Position numbers and translations under genes: made by a program. The notes under the pieces are model-generated. The model searched no databases and was not told the origin of the DNA. It saw nothing but the letters and a program-made list of their open reading frames with translations. 64,000 nt of DNA from Cyanobacteriota bacterium. GTDB taxonomy: Bacteria; Cyanobacteriota; Cyanobacteriia; PCC-6307; Cyanobiaceae. Location of the stretch: contig JBJOMY010000003.1 in NCBI GenBank assembly GCA_046052125.1, positions 290,563 to 354,562 of the forward strand, read 5' to 3'. Shown one piece after another: positions 35,174-45,826 of this stretch (within the stretch, counting starts at the first letter, position 1; each line of letters begins with the position of its first letter).

Positions 35174-36754
35174 TCAGTTTGCCCCAACCATCGGCTGGAT
35201 GCTGAGTGAGGCGTTGCGCAGCTCCAGGCCCACGCTGATCACTCGGTGCTGCGGACCGGCCGGCCCCGAAGGCAGTGAGCCGTCGCCAGGGTTTACGGCG
35301 ATTTGCGGCCAGGCCGCCAGGCCGATGGAGAGGCGCAGCCGCTCGCCGGGCTGGAGAGTGAGCAGCAGCGGCTGCAGCAGAACCGATCGCGTCGCCATTG
35401 CCAGGCACGCCTCGCCGCGCCAGCGGGCCACGCCGCTGCTCACCTGCAGAACCGATCCATCGGGCTTCACCACCGAGAGCGCGGCGCAGAGGTCGAACCC
35501 GGGCTGATCAGCCCCTGCCTGCAGCTCCAGGCATGGCCGACCCAGCACCTCCATCGGTTGATCCACGGCGTTGCTGGTGAAACAGGCCACGTCGCTGCGC
35601 TGGTCCAGATCGGCCCGCTCCACCAAGCCGGCATCCAGGCCGAGATGGCCGCCGCGCCCCGGCAGGGGCCGCCACGGGTCGTGCACCACCGTCACGGTGC
35701 CGCCAGCCACCTGATCGCTTGGTAGGAGTTGGCCTTCCTCCGCTTGAATCGCCGCCAGGCCATTGCTTCTGAGCCTCCAGCGTTGGTTGCTGCACTGCAA
35801 CGGATCGCGCGGCTGCCATTGGCCCGTTGCGAGATCCTGCAGCCGGATCGAGTCGCTCAGCTGGGCTGAGGCGTCGCCTTGATCGCGCAGGTGTTGGTTG
35901 AAGAAGGCCAGCTGCAGCTCATCCACTCCTCCGCGCCAGTGCAGATGGCTCCAGGCGCCCACCCGCAGCAGCGGCTGCGCTCCGGCGGCCCTCGCCTGCC
36001 GCCAGAGATCCAGCACACCGCCCAGGTGGGGATCGTGCCAGCCTCCGATCAGGAGCATCGGTTTCCGCCAGAGGGCTGCGGGCGGCGTGTGTACCCGCCA
36101 GCCGTCGGGATGGGCGGGATCGCGCTGCAACCAGCCGGCGGCCATGCCGTCTGGGTCATGGGCCTGCAACAGGTGGAGACCCTCCTGCAGGAAAGCGCCG
36201 CTCTCGAGGCTGCGGCGGATCTCACGCCAGCCCTCGTGATCGCCGCGGCGCTGGCAAGCCTGAGCTGCCAACTGCAACCCCCAGCCAACGCCCAGGGCCC
36301 ACCAATGGCATCCCCCCTCGCTGGCCCAGTGCAGCCGTTCATCCAGGCCCGCCATCGCCGGAGCGAGGGCATCGGGCAGCTGGCTCGCGTTGCACAGCGC
36401 CAGCTGAGTGAATCCCTGATAAGAAAAGCCGTAACTGCCCACGCGGCCGTTGCACCAGCTCTGGCTGCGCAGCCAGGCGAGGGTGGCCGTGCCATCGGCG
36501 CTTTCTTGGCTGAAGCCGGCAAAGCTGCCTTCAGAACCGCCACGGCCGCGCACGTCCTGCACCACCACGGCGAAGCCATGGCCGGCATACCAACTGGGAT
36601 GCGCGTAGGTGACTGTTGAAGCGATGGCTCGCCCATAGGGCTGGCGCATCAGCAGCACGGGCCAAGGCCCTTCACCCGCCGGTAACCAGATGCGGCAACA
36701 CAGCTGGAGGCCGTCAGCAGCCTCGATCCAGCTGTCGTGCACCGCAGCGCTCAC
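35174..36754 (-). CDS. CocE/NonD-family serine hydrolase (S15)
   Basis: MRQPYG, QDVRGRGGSEG, GFSYQG nucleophile, GGWHD. Confidence 0.9.
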   Translation of the reverse strand: MSAAVHDSWIEAADGLQLCCRIWLPAGEGPWPVLLMRQPYGRAIASTVTYAHPSWYAGHGFAVVVQDVRGRGGSEGSFAGFSQESADGTATLAWLRSQSWCNGRVGSYGFSYQGFTQLALCNASQLPDALAPAMAGLDERLHWASEGGCHWWALGVGWGLQLAAQACQRRGDHEGWREIRRSLESGAFLQEGLHLLQAHDPDGMAAGWLQRDPAHPDGWRVHTPPAALWRKPMLLIGGWHDPHLGGVLDLWRQARAAGAQPLLRVGAWSHLHWRGGVDELQLAFFNQHLRDQGDASAQLSDSIRLQDLATGQWQPRDPLQCSNQRWRLRSNGLAAIQAEEGQLLPSDQVAGGTVTVVHDPWRPLPGRGGHLGLDAGLVERADLDQRSDVACFTSNAVDQPMEVLGRPCLELQAGADQPGFDLCAALSVVKPDGSVLQVSSGVARWRGEACLAMATRSVLLQPLLLTLQPGERLRLSIGLAAWPQIAVNPGDGSLPSGPAGPQHRVISVGLELRNASLSIQPMVGAN

Positions 36755-36755
36755 C

Positions 36756-37040
36756 TCAGCGCACGTCTGGGCAGTAGAGCCCCACCACGTAGGTGGACAC
36801 GATTTCGGCGTCGGTGTTGCTTAGGCCCTGGCGTGAGGCGATCTGTGACACCGCCTGGGGCGAGGTGTACGAGATGCCCTGGGCGTTGAGGGCCTTGAGC
36901 TCGGCACAGAGGGCCTGAGCCCGTTGGGGATTCTTTTTCACCGACTCCAGCAGCGGTGAATTGGCCTGGGCGGGCAGGGCAGCGATCAGGGCGGCGACAA
37001 CGATGGCCAGCCCGGGGCCGCTGCAGCGGTGTGGGGTCAT
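36756..37040 (-). CDS. Small exported protein with two Cys
   Basis: Signal peptide AQA|N; ALC ... GLYCP. Confidence 0.75.
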   Translation of the reverse strand: MTPHRCSGPGLAIVVAALIAALPAQANSPLLESVKKNPQRAQALCAELKALNAQGISYTSPQAVSQIASRQGLSNTDAEIVSTYVVGLYCPDVR

Positions 37041-37115
37041 GGCAGAGCGGCCGGTTGGTCGACGAGGTCTAGTTCCATTTCAGTGAGAGCGAGGCCGTGC
37101 CCATGGGCGATGGGG

Positions 37116-37541
37116 TCAGTTCGCTGAGCGACTGGTGGCTCGCTGGGCGCGCTGGATCCAGGCGCGCACGGTTGTGGCATCCACCCGGGCGGGTGCCATG
37201 CCGGTGAGGGAGCGCTCCAGCCGTCCGAGCTGGGTGAGCAGCTGCTGCGGCGAGGCCTGGGCCAGGCCGCGGCTGCTGGCGATGCCCGCGTAGAGCAGCA
37301 GTGCTGCTTCATGGGGCTGAAGGCTCAGCTCCACCACCAGTTGCGCCTGACCCCTGAGCTTGCGCAGCTGCCGCTCCAACGCCCCGCCCCGGCGGGAGAG
37401 CGCCAGCAGCTCGGAATCCGGGAGCGCCGCGAGATCAGCCCAGCTGCCCACGCCCTGCTGCTGCAGCACAGCCTCCTCGCGCCGGAACTGCCGCGGCAGC
37501 GGATAGAGGGAGAGCTCTTGTGGGTCTGCAGCAGAGCTCAA
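37116..37541 (-). CDS. DUF4332-like helix-hairpin-helix protein
   Basis: LQQQGV.SWADLA, AALLLYAGIAS and WIQRA motifs. Confidence 0.75.
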   Translation of the reverse strand: MSSAADPQELSLYPLPRQFRREEAVLQQQGVGSWADLAALPDSELLALSRRGGALERQLRKLRGQAQLVVELSLQPHEAALLLYAGIASSRGLAQASPQQLLTQLGRLERSLTGMAPARVDATTVRAWIQRAQRATSRSAN

Positions 37542-37546
37542 GCGGA

Positions 37547-38008
37547 TCAGCCCTTCAGGATCACAGTGCCGTCATCGAGGTTGCGGATCGCGGTGGCCAG
37601 CACCACAGGCACATCGCTGTCGTCACCTTTGGGCTCTACGCGCCGCAGCCGGACCTCCACCTGCTGGGTGCCCCGACCACTGCCGCGCAGGTTGAGGGCC
37701 ACCTGCTGCACGGAGGGGCCGTAGGCCTCGGGATCCATCTGAGCCGGAGCTGCGGCAATCACCAGATCGGAGCCGTTGTCGAACACCACCGGCACGCTGA
37801 TGGCGCCCTCCACCTGCTGCCTGGGCGCGTAGCTCACGGCGAAGGCCAGGCACGACAGCGACAGCAGCACCGTGAAGCTGGTGATCCCCACCAGGCGGAA
37901 GCGAATGCCCCAGCGCACGAGGAACGCCACCACTGTGAGCACCAGCAACACGGCTGATGCCACACCCAGCCACTCGCCGGCGGTGAGCAGCAGGGGATCA
38001 GCGCGCAT
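37547..38008 (-). CDS. Ycf51/DUF2518-family membrane protein
   Basis: WGIRFRLVGITSFT and VVFDNG motifs; start trimmed to the ATG at 38008. Confidence 0.78.
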   Translation of the reverse strand: MRADPLLLTAGEWLGVASAVLLVLTVVAFLVRWGIRFRLVGITSFTVLLSLSCLAFAVSYAPRQQVEGAISVPVVFDNGSDLVIAAAPAQMDPEAYGPSVQQVALNLRGSGRGTQQVEVRLRRVEPKGDDSDVPVVLATAIRNLDDGTVILKG

Positions 38009-38041
38009 GGGGGCTCGGCGGGGCGAAAGATCACCTTTATA

Positions 38042-41000
38042 TTGCGGCCTGCTCAGCTTCTGAGACCCACGGGCCGCCGGATCCACCGATCCCTCCGCCG
38101 ATCAGGCCGCCCTGTTGGCGACAACCAGCTGGCCGCTTCGCGGCCGGTGCTGGTGCTGGCTGGTTGCGGAGTGGTGGCTCTGCTGGCAGCCGGCTGGGCA
38201 GGAGCTGATCGCCTCGCCTCGTCGCTCTACGCCGAGCGTCGCCCCTGGCTGGAGCGCCTGGTGAGCCGTGCGCTTGGGCAACCGCTTCAGCTGGGTCCCT
38301 ACGCCGGTCTTCGCCCCCTCGGCCTGGCGGCAGGCCGCAGCCGCTTCCTCCCCGGCCCCAACAACCTCTCCACCGTGGACGCGCCGGCGGTGGAGCTGGC
38401 GTTGGATCCGCTCGCCAGCCTGCTGCAGCGAGCGGTGGTGCTGCAGATCCGTGTGCTGCGGCCCACGGTGGAGTTGCGGCGTAATCGCCGTGGTGCGTTC
38501 TGGCAGCTCCCCAGCCAGGCGCCTGGCCGTGAACCGCCGCGGGTGGGCCTGCGCATTCAGGTGCCTGAACCGGGCCAGGGCGTTCTGCACACCGCTGTTG
38601 GGCCCACCCGCTTCTCGTTTCGAGGGGCCGCTGATCTGCCGCTTTGGCGCCGTGAGGTGCAGGTGCGCGGCTCGATCGCACCGCAGCAGGGCGGTCAACT
38701 CCCGTTTCAAATCCAGGCCAACTGGCAGCAGCGCAGCTGGAGCGTGCAGCTGCAACCGCGCCAGCTGCCGTTGCCGCCGCTGATGCCCTTGCTGCCTCAA
38801 GGGCTGCATGGCCAGTTGGTCGGACGGGTCGATGGCGTGCTGAATGGTCAGTTGCTGTTGCAACGCCGCCCGGGAGCGGGCCGTTGCAGCGGGGGCCTGG
38901 TGGCTGAAGCTGTGCGCTGGCGGCTCCAGGGGCTGCGGGAACCGCTCACGTCGTCGCGGCTGGCGGCGGGCTGCACGCCGCAGGGTGTTCAGCTGAGCCC
39001 TGCCGCTCTGGCCTGGGGGCCGTGGCGTGGGCGGCTCGACGGTCGGCTGCAGCTGGCCGACGGACGCGCGAATCAGTTGCCGGGGCAACTCCAGCTCTGG
39101 CTGAAGGCCCAGGATCCCCGCCGAGGCCACCGGCTGCAGGCCCATCTCAAGGGTCCATGGCAGCGTCCGGATCTGCAGCTTTCGGCCGATTGGCAGGGGT
39201 TGCGTCTGGCTCAGCTGCCTCCACGCCCGCTGCGGTTGCAGTCGCAGATCGCCATCCGCAACCAACCCTCCTTCAAGGTGCTGGTGCGGCAGCTGCAAAT
39301 GAGCCGCGGTGATGCACGCCTCACTGCCAGCGGCGAGCTCTGGCCCGCTGTGCGGCTGAACACGGGCGAGTTGCGGCTGGGTGAGGAGCTCAAGGCCAGC
39401 CTTGGTGCGCTGCTGGGCGCCAACCCTCGCCTGGAAGCATCGCTGCAGCAAATCGGTGGCTGGAGTCGTCCACAGTTCCAACTCGATCTGCAGCAACAGG
39501 CCAACCCGCTGATCGGCACTTGGCAGGCGCGTTTGCGGCTCCAGCCCCGCTTGTTGGAGCTGCAGCGCCTGGGCTCGGCCGTGCTGCAGGCCTCGGCCCG
39601 CTTACCGCTCCAGTCCAAGGCCAACGGCGGCCTGAGCCCGGGAGTCCTGCAGCTGGATCTCGACCTGATGGGCTTCCCGCTGGAGCGCCTCAGTCCATGG
39701 CTGGGCACGCGGCTGCGCGGGCAGCTCGATGCCTGGGGATCGGTGCGCGGTGCGTTGGATCAGCTCCGTCCCGAGCTGCAGTTGTTGGTGCGCGATCCCG
39801 GCGTGGGGCCGCTGTTGCTTCAGGAAACCTGGCGTGGCGCCTTGCAAGGCACCGCAGGAGGCGGCGGCAGCCTTGGGCTTGAAGCCCTGGCACCTGCAGA
39901 GCCCGGCCAGCTGCAGGCACGGCTGGATCGTCGTTGGCTGCCCAGCCGCGTCCGCTTGGAGCGTGATGGGGGTGTGCTGTCTCTGGCGGGGGATCCGCGC
40001 CGCTACCGCTGGACCTCGCAGGCTTTTCCCCTGGCTGGGCTGCAGTTCGCCCTCGGCCCCAGGGGCCAGTTCCAGCCTCTGCAGGGTGATCTGAGTGGCC
40101 GCGGCCATCTGGACCCCAAGCCCCTCTGGATCTCTGGCTCGATCCAGGTGGAACGCCCCCAGTTGCTGGGGATCTACGGTCGCAGCCTCAGCGCCACGGG
40201 GGCTTACCGCCAGCGCCGCTACAACGCGGAGGGGCGCTGGCTGGGTCAGGGGCAAGACAGTGTTGCCCTGCGCCTGCGCGGCGAACAGGGCGGTGCCCTC
40301 TGGGCCCGGTTTGAGGCGCGTCAGTTCGGATCCCAGGCCCTGCAGCAGCTTTGGGACGCATCCCAGCGCTGGCGCCGTGGCCCGCTGCGCTCGGCAGGGT
40401 CCGCCCGAGACCTGCAAGGCCTGGTGATCGACACCCTGGGCCTCAGCCTGGATGAGCAGCTCGCGGCTCTGCGCCAGGCCCAGCTGCAACTCCAAGCAGC
40501 GCTCACCCGTTCCCGCACCACGGCCGAGCGCCTCGATCCCCGCAACCTCGAGGGATTGCTGAACGCCGATCTCACCCTCCGCGGACCATCCATCAGCCGC
40601 CTCTCCCTGGATCTCGAGGCCAGCGGTCATCTGTGGCTGCGGGGTGAGGATCGCGATCAGGCGCTCACCGCCGAGCCGGTGCAGGTGGTGCTGCGCGGAC
40701 CCCTCGGGGGTGCCACCAGCTTCAGCGTGGAGCAACTGCCTCTGGCGTTGCTGGCGCTGTTCACCAACGTGCCGGATGGCTTGCGTGGTGGTCTGGCGGC
40801 CAAGGGGCGCTTCCAGGTGGGCGACGGTCGCCGCCGCCCGGTCCTCGAGATGGCCCTGGCGTTGCAGGAGGCAGCCCTGGGCGCCCAGCCCCTCACGTTG
40901 GAGCGCGGGGAACTGTCCCTCGCCAACGACACCCTCAACCTCGATTGGTCGCTCCGCAGCGATGGGGCAGCCAACAGCCTTGATCTCAAGGGCACCGTTC

Positions 41001-42526
41001 CACTGCAGCCCGATCGCGACGATTTGGAGCTGCGGGTGGCGAGTCGCGGCGATGGCTTGCAATTCCTCACGGTGCTTGCTGGACCCGGGGTGCAGTGGCA
41101 GCAGGGCAGCGCCGACCTGCAACTGCTCGTGCGCGGTTCCCTGCAGGCTCCGGTGGCCAACGGCTTCCTCCGCTTCCGCAACGGCCTGCTCCAGGTGGCT
41201 GGGCAGACCATGCGCGATCTGGAAGCCACGGTGCTGTTTGATTTCCGCGAGCTGGAGCTGCAGCAGCTCACCGCCCGCGTGGGCGAGCGCGGCCTGATCA
41301 GCGGCAGCGGCCAGCTCGGTTTGATCGAACCCATTGCCCAGGCCCAGCGGCTTTTGAAGCTGCAGGTGCAGCAGGCGCCGTTCCAGCTGCCCCGCATGCA
41401 GGCGGAAGCCGCCGGAGAGGTGCTGATCACCGGTTCCCTGCGCCGGCCTGCCCTCAGTGGCGAACTGCAGCTCAGCCGCGGCCGGATCAACGTGCAGCCA
41501 GGCCAGCTGGCCACCGAGGAGGCGCCCACCCGCCCGGTGAGTGTGCGGGAACTGGTGGAGGAGCGCTGGGACTTCAGCGAACCCCTGCTGGTGATGGGTC
41601 AGCAAATGGAGAGCTCCGCTAGCCGCGATCTGCGTGACGCTGTGCCCAATCTCCCCTCCCTCAGCTTCGACGGCCTGCGGCTGCGCTTTGGCCCCGATCT
41701 GAAGGTGGGCGTTCCCAACGTGCTCAACTTCAACACTGGTGGGGTGCTCACCCTGCGCGGGCCTTTGGATCCCTCCCTGCAGGTGAGCGGCGTTGTGCGT
41801 CTGCTCAATGGCCGCTTGAGCCTGTTCACCACCAACTTCAGCCTCGATCCCGATGCGCCCAACGTGGCCGTGTTCACCCCGAGCCTCGGGCTGATCCCCT
41901 ATGTCGACATCGCCCTGCGCACCCGTGTGTCGGACACCCTTGGCGTCAACGACGCCAGCCGCTCCAGCCTCTACGACTGGAATGTCACGGCGCCCACGAA
42001 TTCGATCGATCAGTTGCGGCTGGTGAAGGTGCGGGTGGAAGCTGCCGGACCGGCCGATCGCCTGGCGGAGAACATCCGCCTCACCAGCTCTCCGCCGCTG
42101 CCGCAGGAGCGATTGGTGGCGCTGATCGGTGGTAACTCCCTGGTGGGGCTGGCCGGTGGCAATGCCGGCGCTGCCCTGGCCACGGTGCTGGGCCAGTCGC
42201 TGCTTTCCCCGCTGGTGGGCGGGTTGAGCGATGCCTTCGGTCAGCGCCTCACCTTTGCCCTCTACCCCACCTATTTCGCCCCTTCCGAGGTGCTCCCCTC
42301 TGAAAACCGGTCCCGCCGGCTGCCCTCCCAGTTGGTGCTCGGTTCGGAGATCGGTCTGGATGTCACCGAGCGCTTCAACTTCTCCGTGCTGGCGGCCCCC
42401 AATCGCAGCGACATCCCCCCCCAGGTGACCCTCCGCTATCAGGCGAGTGATCGCCTCGGCGTGCAGACTTCGATCGATACCGAAGGCCGCTGGCAGAGCC
42501 AGTTGCAGCTGCTGTTCCGCTTCTAG
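38042..42526 (+). CDS. tamB: TamB/AsmA-like translocation and assembly module protein
   Basis: About 1490 aa, N-terminal anchor, beta-rich repeats, C-terminal DUF490-like region (LTSSPPLPQ, terminal FRF); start uncertain. Confidence 0.85.
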   Translation: MRPAQLLRPTGRRIHRSLRRSGRPVGDNQLAASRPVLVLAGCGVVALLAAGWAGADRLASSLYAERRPWLERLVSRALGQPLQLGPYAGLRPLGLAAGRSRFLPGPNNLSTVDAPAVELALDPLASLLQRAVVLQIRVLRPTVELRRNRRGAFWQLPSQAPGREPPRVGLRIQVPEPGQGVLHTAVGPTRFSFRGAADLPLWRREVQVRGSIAPQQGGQLPFQIQANWQQRSWSVQLQPRQLPLPPLMPLLPQGLHGQLVGRVDGVLNGQLLLQRRPGAGRCSGGLVAEAVRWRLQGLREPLTSSRLAAGCTPQGVQLSPAALAWGPWRGRLDGRLQLADGRANQLPGQLQLWLKAQDPRRGHRLQAHLKGPWQRPDLQLSADWQGLRLAQLPPRPLRLQSQIAIRNQPSFKVLVRQLQMSRGDARLTASGELWPAVRLNTGELRLGEELKASLGALLGANPRLEASLQQIGGWSRPQFQLDLQQQANPLIGTWQARLRLQPRLLELQRLGSAVLQASARLPLQSKANGGLSPGVLQLDLDLMGFPLERLSPWLGTRLRGQLDAWGSVRGALDQLRPELQLLVRDPGVGPLLLQETWRGALQGTAGGGGSLGLEALAPAEPGQLQARLDRRWLPSRVRLERDGGVLSLAGDPRRYRWTSQAFPLAGLQFALGPRGQFQPLQGDLSGRGHLDPKPLWISGSIQVERPQLLGIYGRSLSATGAYRQRRYNAEGRWLGQGQDSVALRLRGEQGGALWARFEARQFGSQALQQLWDASQRWRRGPLRSAGSARDLQGLVIDTLGLSLDEQLAALRQAQLQLQAALTRSRTTAERLDPRNLEGLLNADLTLRGPSISRLSLDLEASGHLWLRGEDRDQALTAEPVQVVLRGPLGGATSFSVEQLPLALLALFTNVPDGLRGGLAAKGRFQVGDGRRRPVLEMALALQEAALGAQPLTLERGELSLANDTLNLDWSLRSDGAANSLDLKGTVPLQPDRDDLELRVASRGDGLQFLTVLAGPGVQWQQGSADLQLLVRGSLQAPVANGFLRFRNGLLQVAGQTMRDLEATVLFDFRELELQQLTARVGERGLISGSGQLGLIEPIAQAQRLLKLQVQQAPFQLPRMQAEAAGEVLITGSLRRPALSGELQLSRGRINVQPGQLATEEAPTRPVSVRELVEERWDFSEPLLVMGQQMESSASRDLRDAVPNLPSLSFDGLRLRFGPDLKVGVPNVLNFNTGGVLTLRGPLDPSLQVSGVVRLLNGRLSLFTTNFSLDPDAPNVAVFTPSLGLIPYVDIALRTRVSDTLGVNDASRSSLYDWNVTAPTNSIDQLRLVKVRVEAAGPADRLAENIRLTSSPPLPQERLVALIGGNSLVGLAGGNAGAALATVLGQSLLSPLVGGLSDAFGQRLTFALYPTYFAPSEVLPSENRSRRLPSQLVLGSEIGLDVTERFNFSVLAAPNRSDIPPQVTLRYQASDRLGVQTSIDTEGRWQSQLQLLFRF

Positions 42527-42535
42527 GTGCCTGCC

Positions 42536-43435
42536 ATGACCCAGCTGATCGGTGTGGATCTGGGCGGTACGGCCATCAAGCTCGGCCGCTTCAGCCTTGA
42601 GGGGGAGCTGCTGGCGGAGTTGGAGGTGAGCACGCCTCAACCCCCCATGCCTGGCGCCGTGGTGATGGCGATTGTGGAGGCGGTGGAGCAGCTGGATCCG
42701 GAGCGCCTGGCCAGCTGCGTTGGCGTGGGATTACCGGGCCCCATGGATGCGGCCGGTCGGGTGGCCAGGGTGTGCATCAATCTGCCGGGCTGGGAGCAGA
42801 TCCCCCTGGCGGAGTGGTTGGAGCCGCAGTTGCAGCGGCGCGTCACCCTTGCCAACGATGGCAACTGCGCGCTGGTGGGGGAGGCCTGGCAGGGGGCGGC
42901 CCGCGGCTTCTCGGATGTGTTGCTGCTCACCCTCGGCACCGGCGTGGGTGGGGGCGTGATGCTCGGCGGCACCTTGTTCACCGGTCACGGCGGCGCGGCT
43001 GCGGAGCCAGGCCTGATCTGTATTGATCCTGAGGGACCCCCCTGCAACAGCGGCAACCGCGGCTCGCTGGAGCAGTTCTGCAGCATTGCGGCCCTGGGCC
43101 GGCTCTCACCGCTCACCCCCCAGCAGCTTTGCGAGCGGGCCGCGGCCGCTGATCCAGAGGCGTTGGCGATCTGGCAGCGCTATGGGCAGCGTTTGGGTGT
43201 GGGCCTGAGCTCGCTGATCTACATGCTCACCCCTGAGCTGGTGCTGATCGGTGGCGGTCTGAGCGCCGCCAGCGAGCACTTTCTGCCGGCCGCTCTGGCC
43301 GAGGTGGAGCAACGGGTGCAACACGAGAGTCGCCAGGGCCTGCAGATTCGCTGCTGCGCCCTCGGCAATGGAGCCGGCCGCCTCGGCGCAGCGCGCCTGG
43401 CCCAGGAGCGTCTGGTCAACACCAAGCTGGGATGA
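42536..43435 (+). CDS. ROK-family sugar kinase
   Basis: [20 protein letters not shown] and [10 protein letters not shown] motifs. Confidence 0.9.
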   Translation: MTQLIGVDLGGTAIKLGRFSLEGELLAELEVSTPQPPMPGAVVMAIVEAVEQLDPERLASCVGVGLPGPMDAAGRVARVCINLPGWEQIPLAEWLEPQLQRRVTLANDGNCALVGEAWQGAARGFSDVLLLTLGTGVGGGVMLGGTLFTGHGGAAAEPGLICIDPEGPPCNSGNRGSLEQFCSIAALGRLSPLTPQQLCERAAAADPEALAIWQRYGQRLGVGLSSLIYMLTPELVLIGGGLSAASEHFLPAALAEVEQRVQHESRQGLQIRCCALGNGAGRLGAARLAQERLVNTKLG

Positions 43436-43469
43436 TGCCGCCACTCCCGCCGCCACTGCTGCCTCCCCT

Positions 43470-44774
43470 GTGAGCGTCCCTGATCCCTCTCCTGATCTGC
43501 TGCAACGGGCTGCCGCCGTGCGCCGGGCGGCCATGGCGCTTGGACGCCTGAGCGGTCAGCAACGCAGCCAGGCGGTGCAGGCCATGGCCGCGGCGCTCGA
43601 GGCTGCCGCTGGCCGGATCGTGGCGGCCAATCAGGCTGATCTGGAGGCAGCAGCGGCCGATGGCCTCGCTCCCGCGTTGGTGGCGCGCTTGAAGCTGGAT
43701 GCCGCCAAGTTGGCTGGCGCGATCGACGGTGTGCGGCAGGTGGCGCAGCTTCCCGATCCGCTGGGGGTGCGGCAACTGCATCGCGAGCTTGATGCCGGCC
43801 TGGTGCTCGAGCGGGTCAGCGTGCCTCTAGGGGTGCTGGGGGTGATTTTTGAAGCCCGCCCCGATGCGGTGATGCAGATCGCCTCCCTGGCGATCCGCTC
43901 GGGGAATGGCGCCATGCTCAAAGGCGGCCGCGAGGCGAGCCGCAGCTGCGCGGCGATCCTTGAGGCGCTGCGGGAGGGGCTGGCCAACAGCGCTGTCGAC
44001 CCCCAGGCCCTGGAGCTGCTTACCTCCCGCGAGGAGAGCCTGGGGCTGCTGAAGCTCGATGGGCTGGTGGACCTGATCATTCCGCGCGGTTCCAACGAGC
44101 TGGTGCGCTTCATCCAGGACAACACCCGCATTCCGGTGCTTGGTCATGCCGATGGCATCTGCCACCTCTACGTCGATCGGGAGGTGGATGTTGCCCAGGC
44201 GCTGCGGATCGCTGTGGACGCCAAAACCCAATACCCCGCCGCCTGCAACGCCATCGAAACGCTGTTGCTGCATCAGCAATCGGCGCCCGCCTTCCTCGCC
44301 GCCGCTCTGCCGGCCTTCGCTGCTGCAGGTGTGCAGCTGCGCGGTGATGCCGCCAGCCAGGCTCTAGGCGTGAGCGAGAGCGCGAGCGACGACGATTGGC
44401 GCAGCGAGTATTCCGACCTGGTGCTGTCGGTGCGGGTGGTGGAGTCGCTCGATCAGGCCCTTGAGCACATCGGCAGCTATGGATCCCGCCATACCGACGC
44501 CATCTGCACCACGAACCCCTCCACTGCGGAGAGGTTCCTGCGCAGTGTTGATAGTGCCGGCGTCTACGTGAACTGCTCCACCCGCTTTGCCGATGGCTTC
44601 CGCTACGGCTTCGGCGCTGAGGTGGGCATCTCCACCCAAACGCTTCCCCCCCGTGGGCCGGTGGGACTCGAGGGATTGGTCACCTATCGCTACCTGATGC
44701 GCGGTGATGGTCATATCGCCGCCGACTACGCCAGCGGGGACCGCAGCTTCACCCACCGCGATCTGCCCCTGTGA
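43470..44774 (+). CDS. proA: Gamma-glutamyl phosphate reductase
   Basis: [21 protein letters not shown] and [20 protein letters not shown] motifs; GTG start inferred. Confidence 0.96.
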   Translation: MSVPDPSPDLLQRAAAVRRAAMALGRLSGQQRSQAVQAMAAALEAAAGRIVAANQADLEAAAADGLAPALVARLKLDAAKLAGAIDGVRQVAQLPDPLGVRQLHRELDAGLVLERVSVPLGVLGVIFEARPDAVMQIASLAIRSGNGAMLKGGREASRSCAAILEALREGLANSAVDPQALELLTSREESLGLLKLDGLVDLIIPRGSNELVRFIQDNTRIPVLGHADGICHLYVDREVDVAQALRIAVDAKTQYPAACNAIETLLLHQQSAPAFLAAALPAFAAAGVQLRGDAASQALGVSESASDDDWRSEYSDLVLSVRVVESLDQALEHIGSYGSRHTDAICTTNPSTAERFLRSVDSAGVYVNCSTRFADGFRYGFGAEVGISTQTLPPRGPVGLEGLVTYRYLMRGDGHIAADYASGDRSFTHRDLPL

Positions 44775-45145
44775 GCGCTCCGGCGGATCGCGTGCTGGTG
44801 CGGGGCCTGCGCCTCTGGGCCCATGTGGGGGTGCTCGAGCACGAGCGGCAAACGGGTCAGTGGTTTGAGTTGGATTTCAGCTTGGGCTGCAACTTGAGCG
44901 TCGCCGCCGCCGCTGATGCCCTGGAGCACAGCCTCGACTACAGCCTGGCGATCCAGGCGCTGCAGCGTCAGGCGCGCACGATCTGCTGCCTCACCCTGGA
45001 GCACTGGAGTGATCAGATCTTCAGCCTGCTGGAGGAGATCTACGGCGACGTGCCGATCTGGTTGGAATTGCGCAAATGCCAGGCGCCGGTGCCTGGCTTC
45101 TGCGGCATCGTGGCGGTGCAACGCTCGCGGCGCTGGCCCCCATGA
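44771..45145 (+). CDS. folB: Dihydroneopterin aldolase
   Basis: [21 protein letters not shown] and LRK motifs. Confidence 0.88.
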   Translation: MSAPADRVLVRGLRLWAHVGVLEHERQTGQWFELDFSLGCNLSVAAAADALEHSLDYSLAIQALQRQARTICCLTLEHWSDQIFSLLEEIYGDVPIWLELRKCQAPVPGFCGIVAVQRSRRWPP

Positions 45146-45738
45146 CCCGACCGCTTGTGCTCCTGCATGGGCTGTGGGACACGCCACGCTTATTCCGGCG
45201 ACTGGAAGAGGAGCTGCTGCGGCGCAGCCCGGCGCTGGAGTTGTTTGCTCCCCATCTGCCCCATCGCTTGGGGGCGGTGCCGATCCGTGAACTCGCGGCG
45301 CAGTTGGCCGCTCTGATCGAGGCCCGTTTCGGCCCCGACACCCCCTTGGATCTGTTTGGGTTTTCCATGGGCGGCGTGATCGGTCGCACCTGGCTGCAGG
45401 AGCACCGGGGCAGCCAGCGCACCCGTCGCTTTGTCTGCCTGGGGAGTCCGCAGAACGGCACGCTCGCGGCTCAGTTGGTGCCGCGCCGCCTCTTGGCGGG
45501 TATTGCCGATATGAAGATCGGCAGTGCGCTACTGCGCGATCTGCAGCGCGATCAGGTCTTGCTGGCGTCGCTGGAGTGCCACAGCCTGTTCACCCCCACC
45601 GATCTCACCGTGTTCCCAGGTTGGCGGGCGGTGTTGCCACTGGGCACTCGCCGGCCGTTGCCGGTGTTCACCCACCGGCAGCTGATCATTCATCCGAGGG
45701 CCGTGCGCGCTGTGGCTGATGTTCTCCTGGCGCCCTAA
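45142..45738 (+). CDS. Alpha/beta-hydrolase (lipase-like)
   Basis: LLHGL, GFSMGG nucleophile elbow, GSPQNGT. Confidence 0.88.
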   Translation: MTRPLVLLHGLWDTPRLFRRLEEELLRRSPALELFAPHLPHRLGAVPIRELAAQLAALIEARFGPDTPLDLFGFSMGGVIGRTWLQEHRGSQRTRRFVCLGSPQNGTLAAQLVPRRLLAGIADMKIGSALLRDLQRDQVLLASLECHSLFTPTDLTVFPGWRAVLPLGTRRPLPVFTHRQLIIHPRAVRAVADVLLAP

Positions 45739-45826
45739 TCGGCAACGGATCCTTACCGCTCCAGGTTGATGTGTTGCCTGAAGGGCACTTGGCAACTATC
45801 TGTAGCTGTATAAACGCACGCCAACC

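Noticed and set aside
39602..42640. 1012-aa minus-strand ORF antisense to tamB
   Set aside because: Same shadow-ORF artefact; its composition mirrors the codon usage of the real gene
45802..45815. NtcA-like box GTA-N8-AAC before the DUF6629-like gene
   Set aside because: Imperfect match only 11 nt from the ATG; more likely part of an ordinary -10 region
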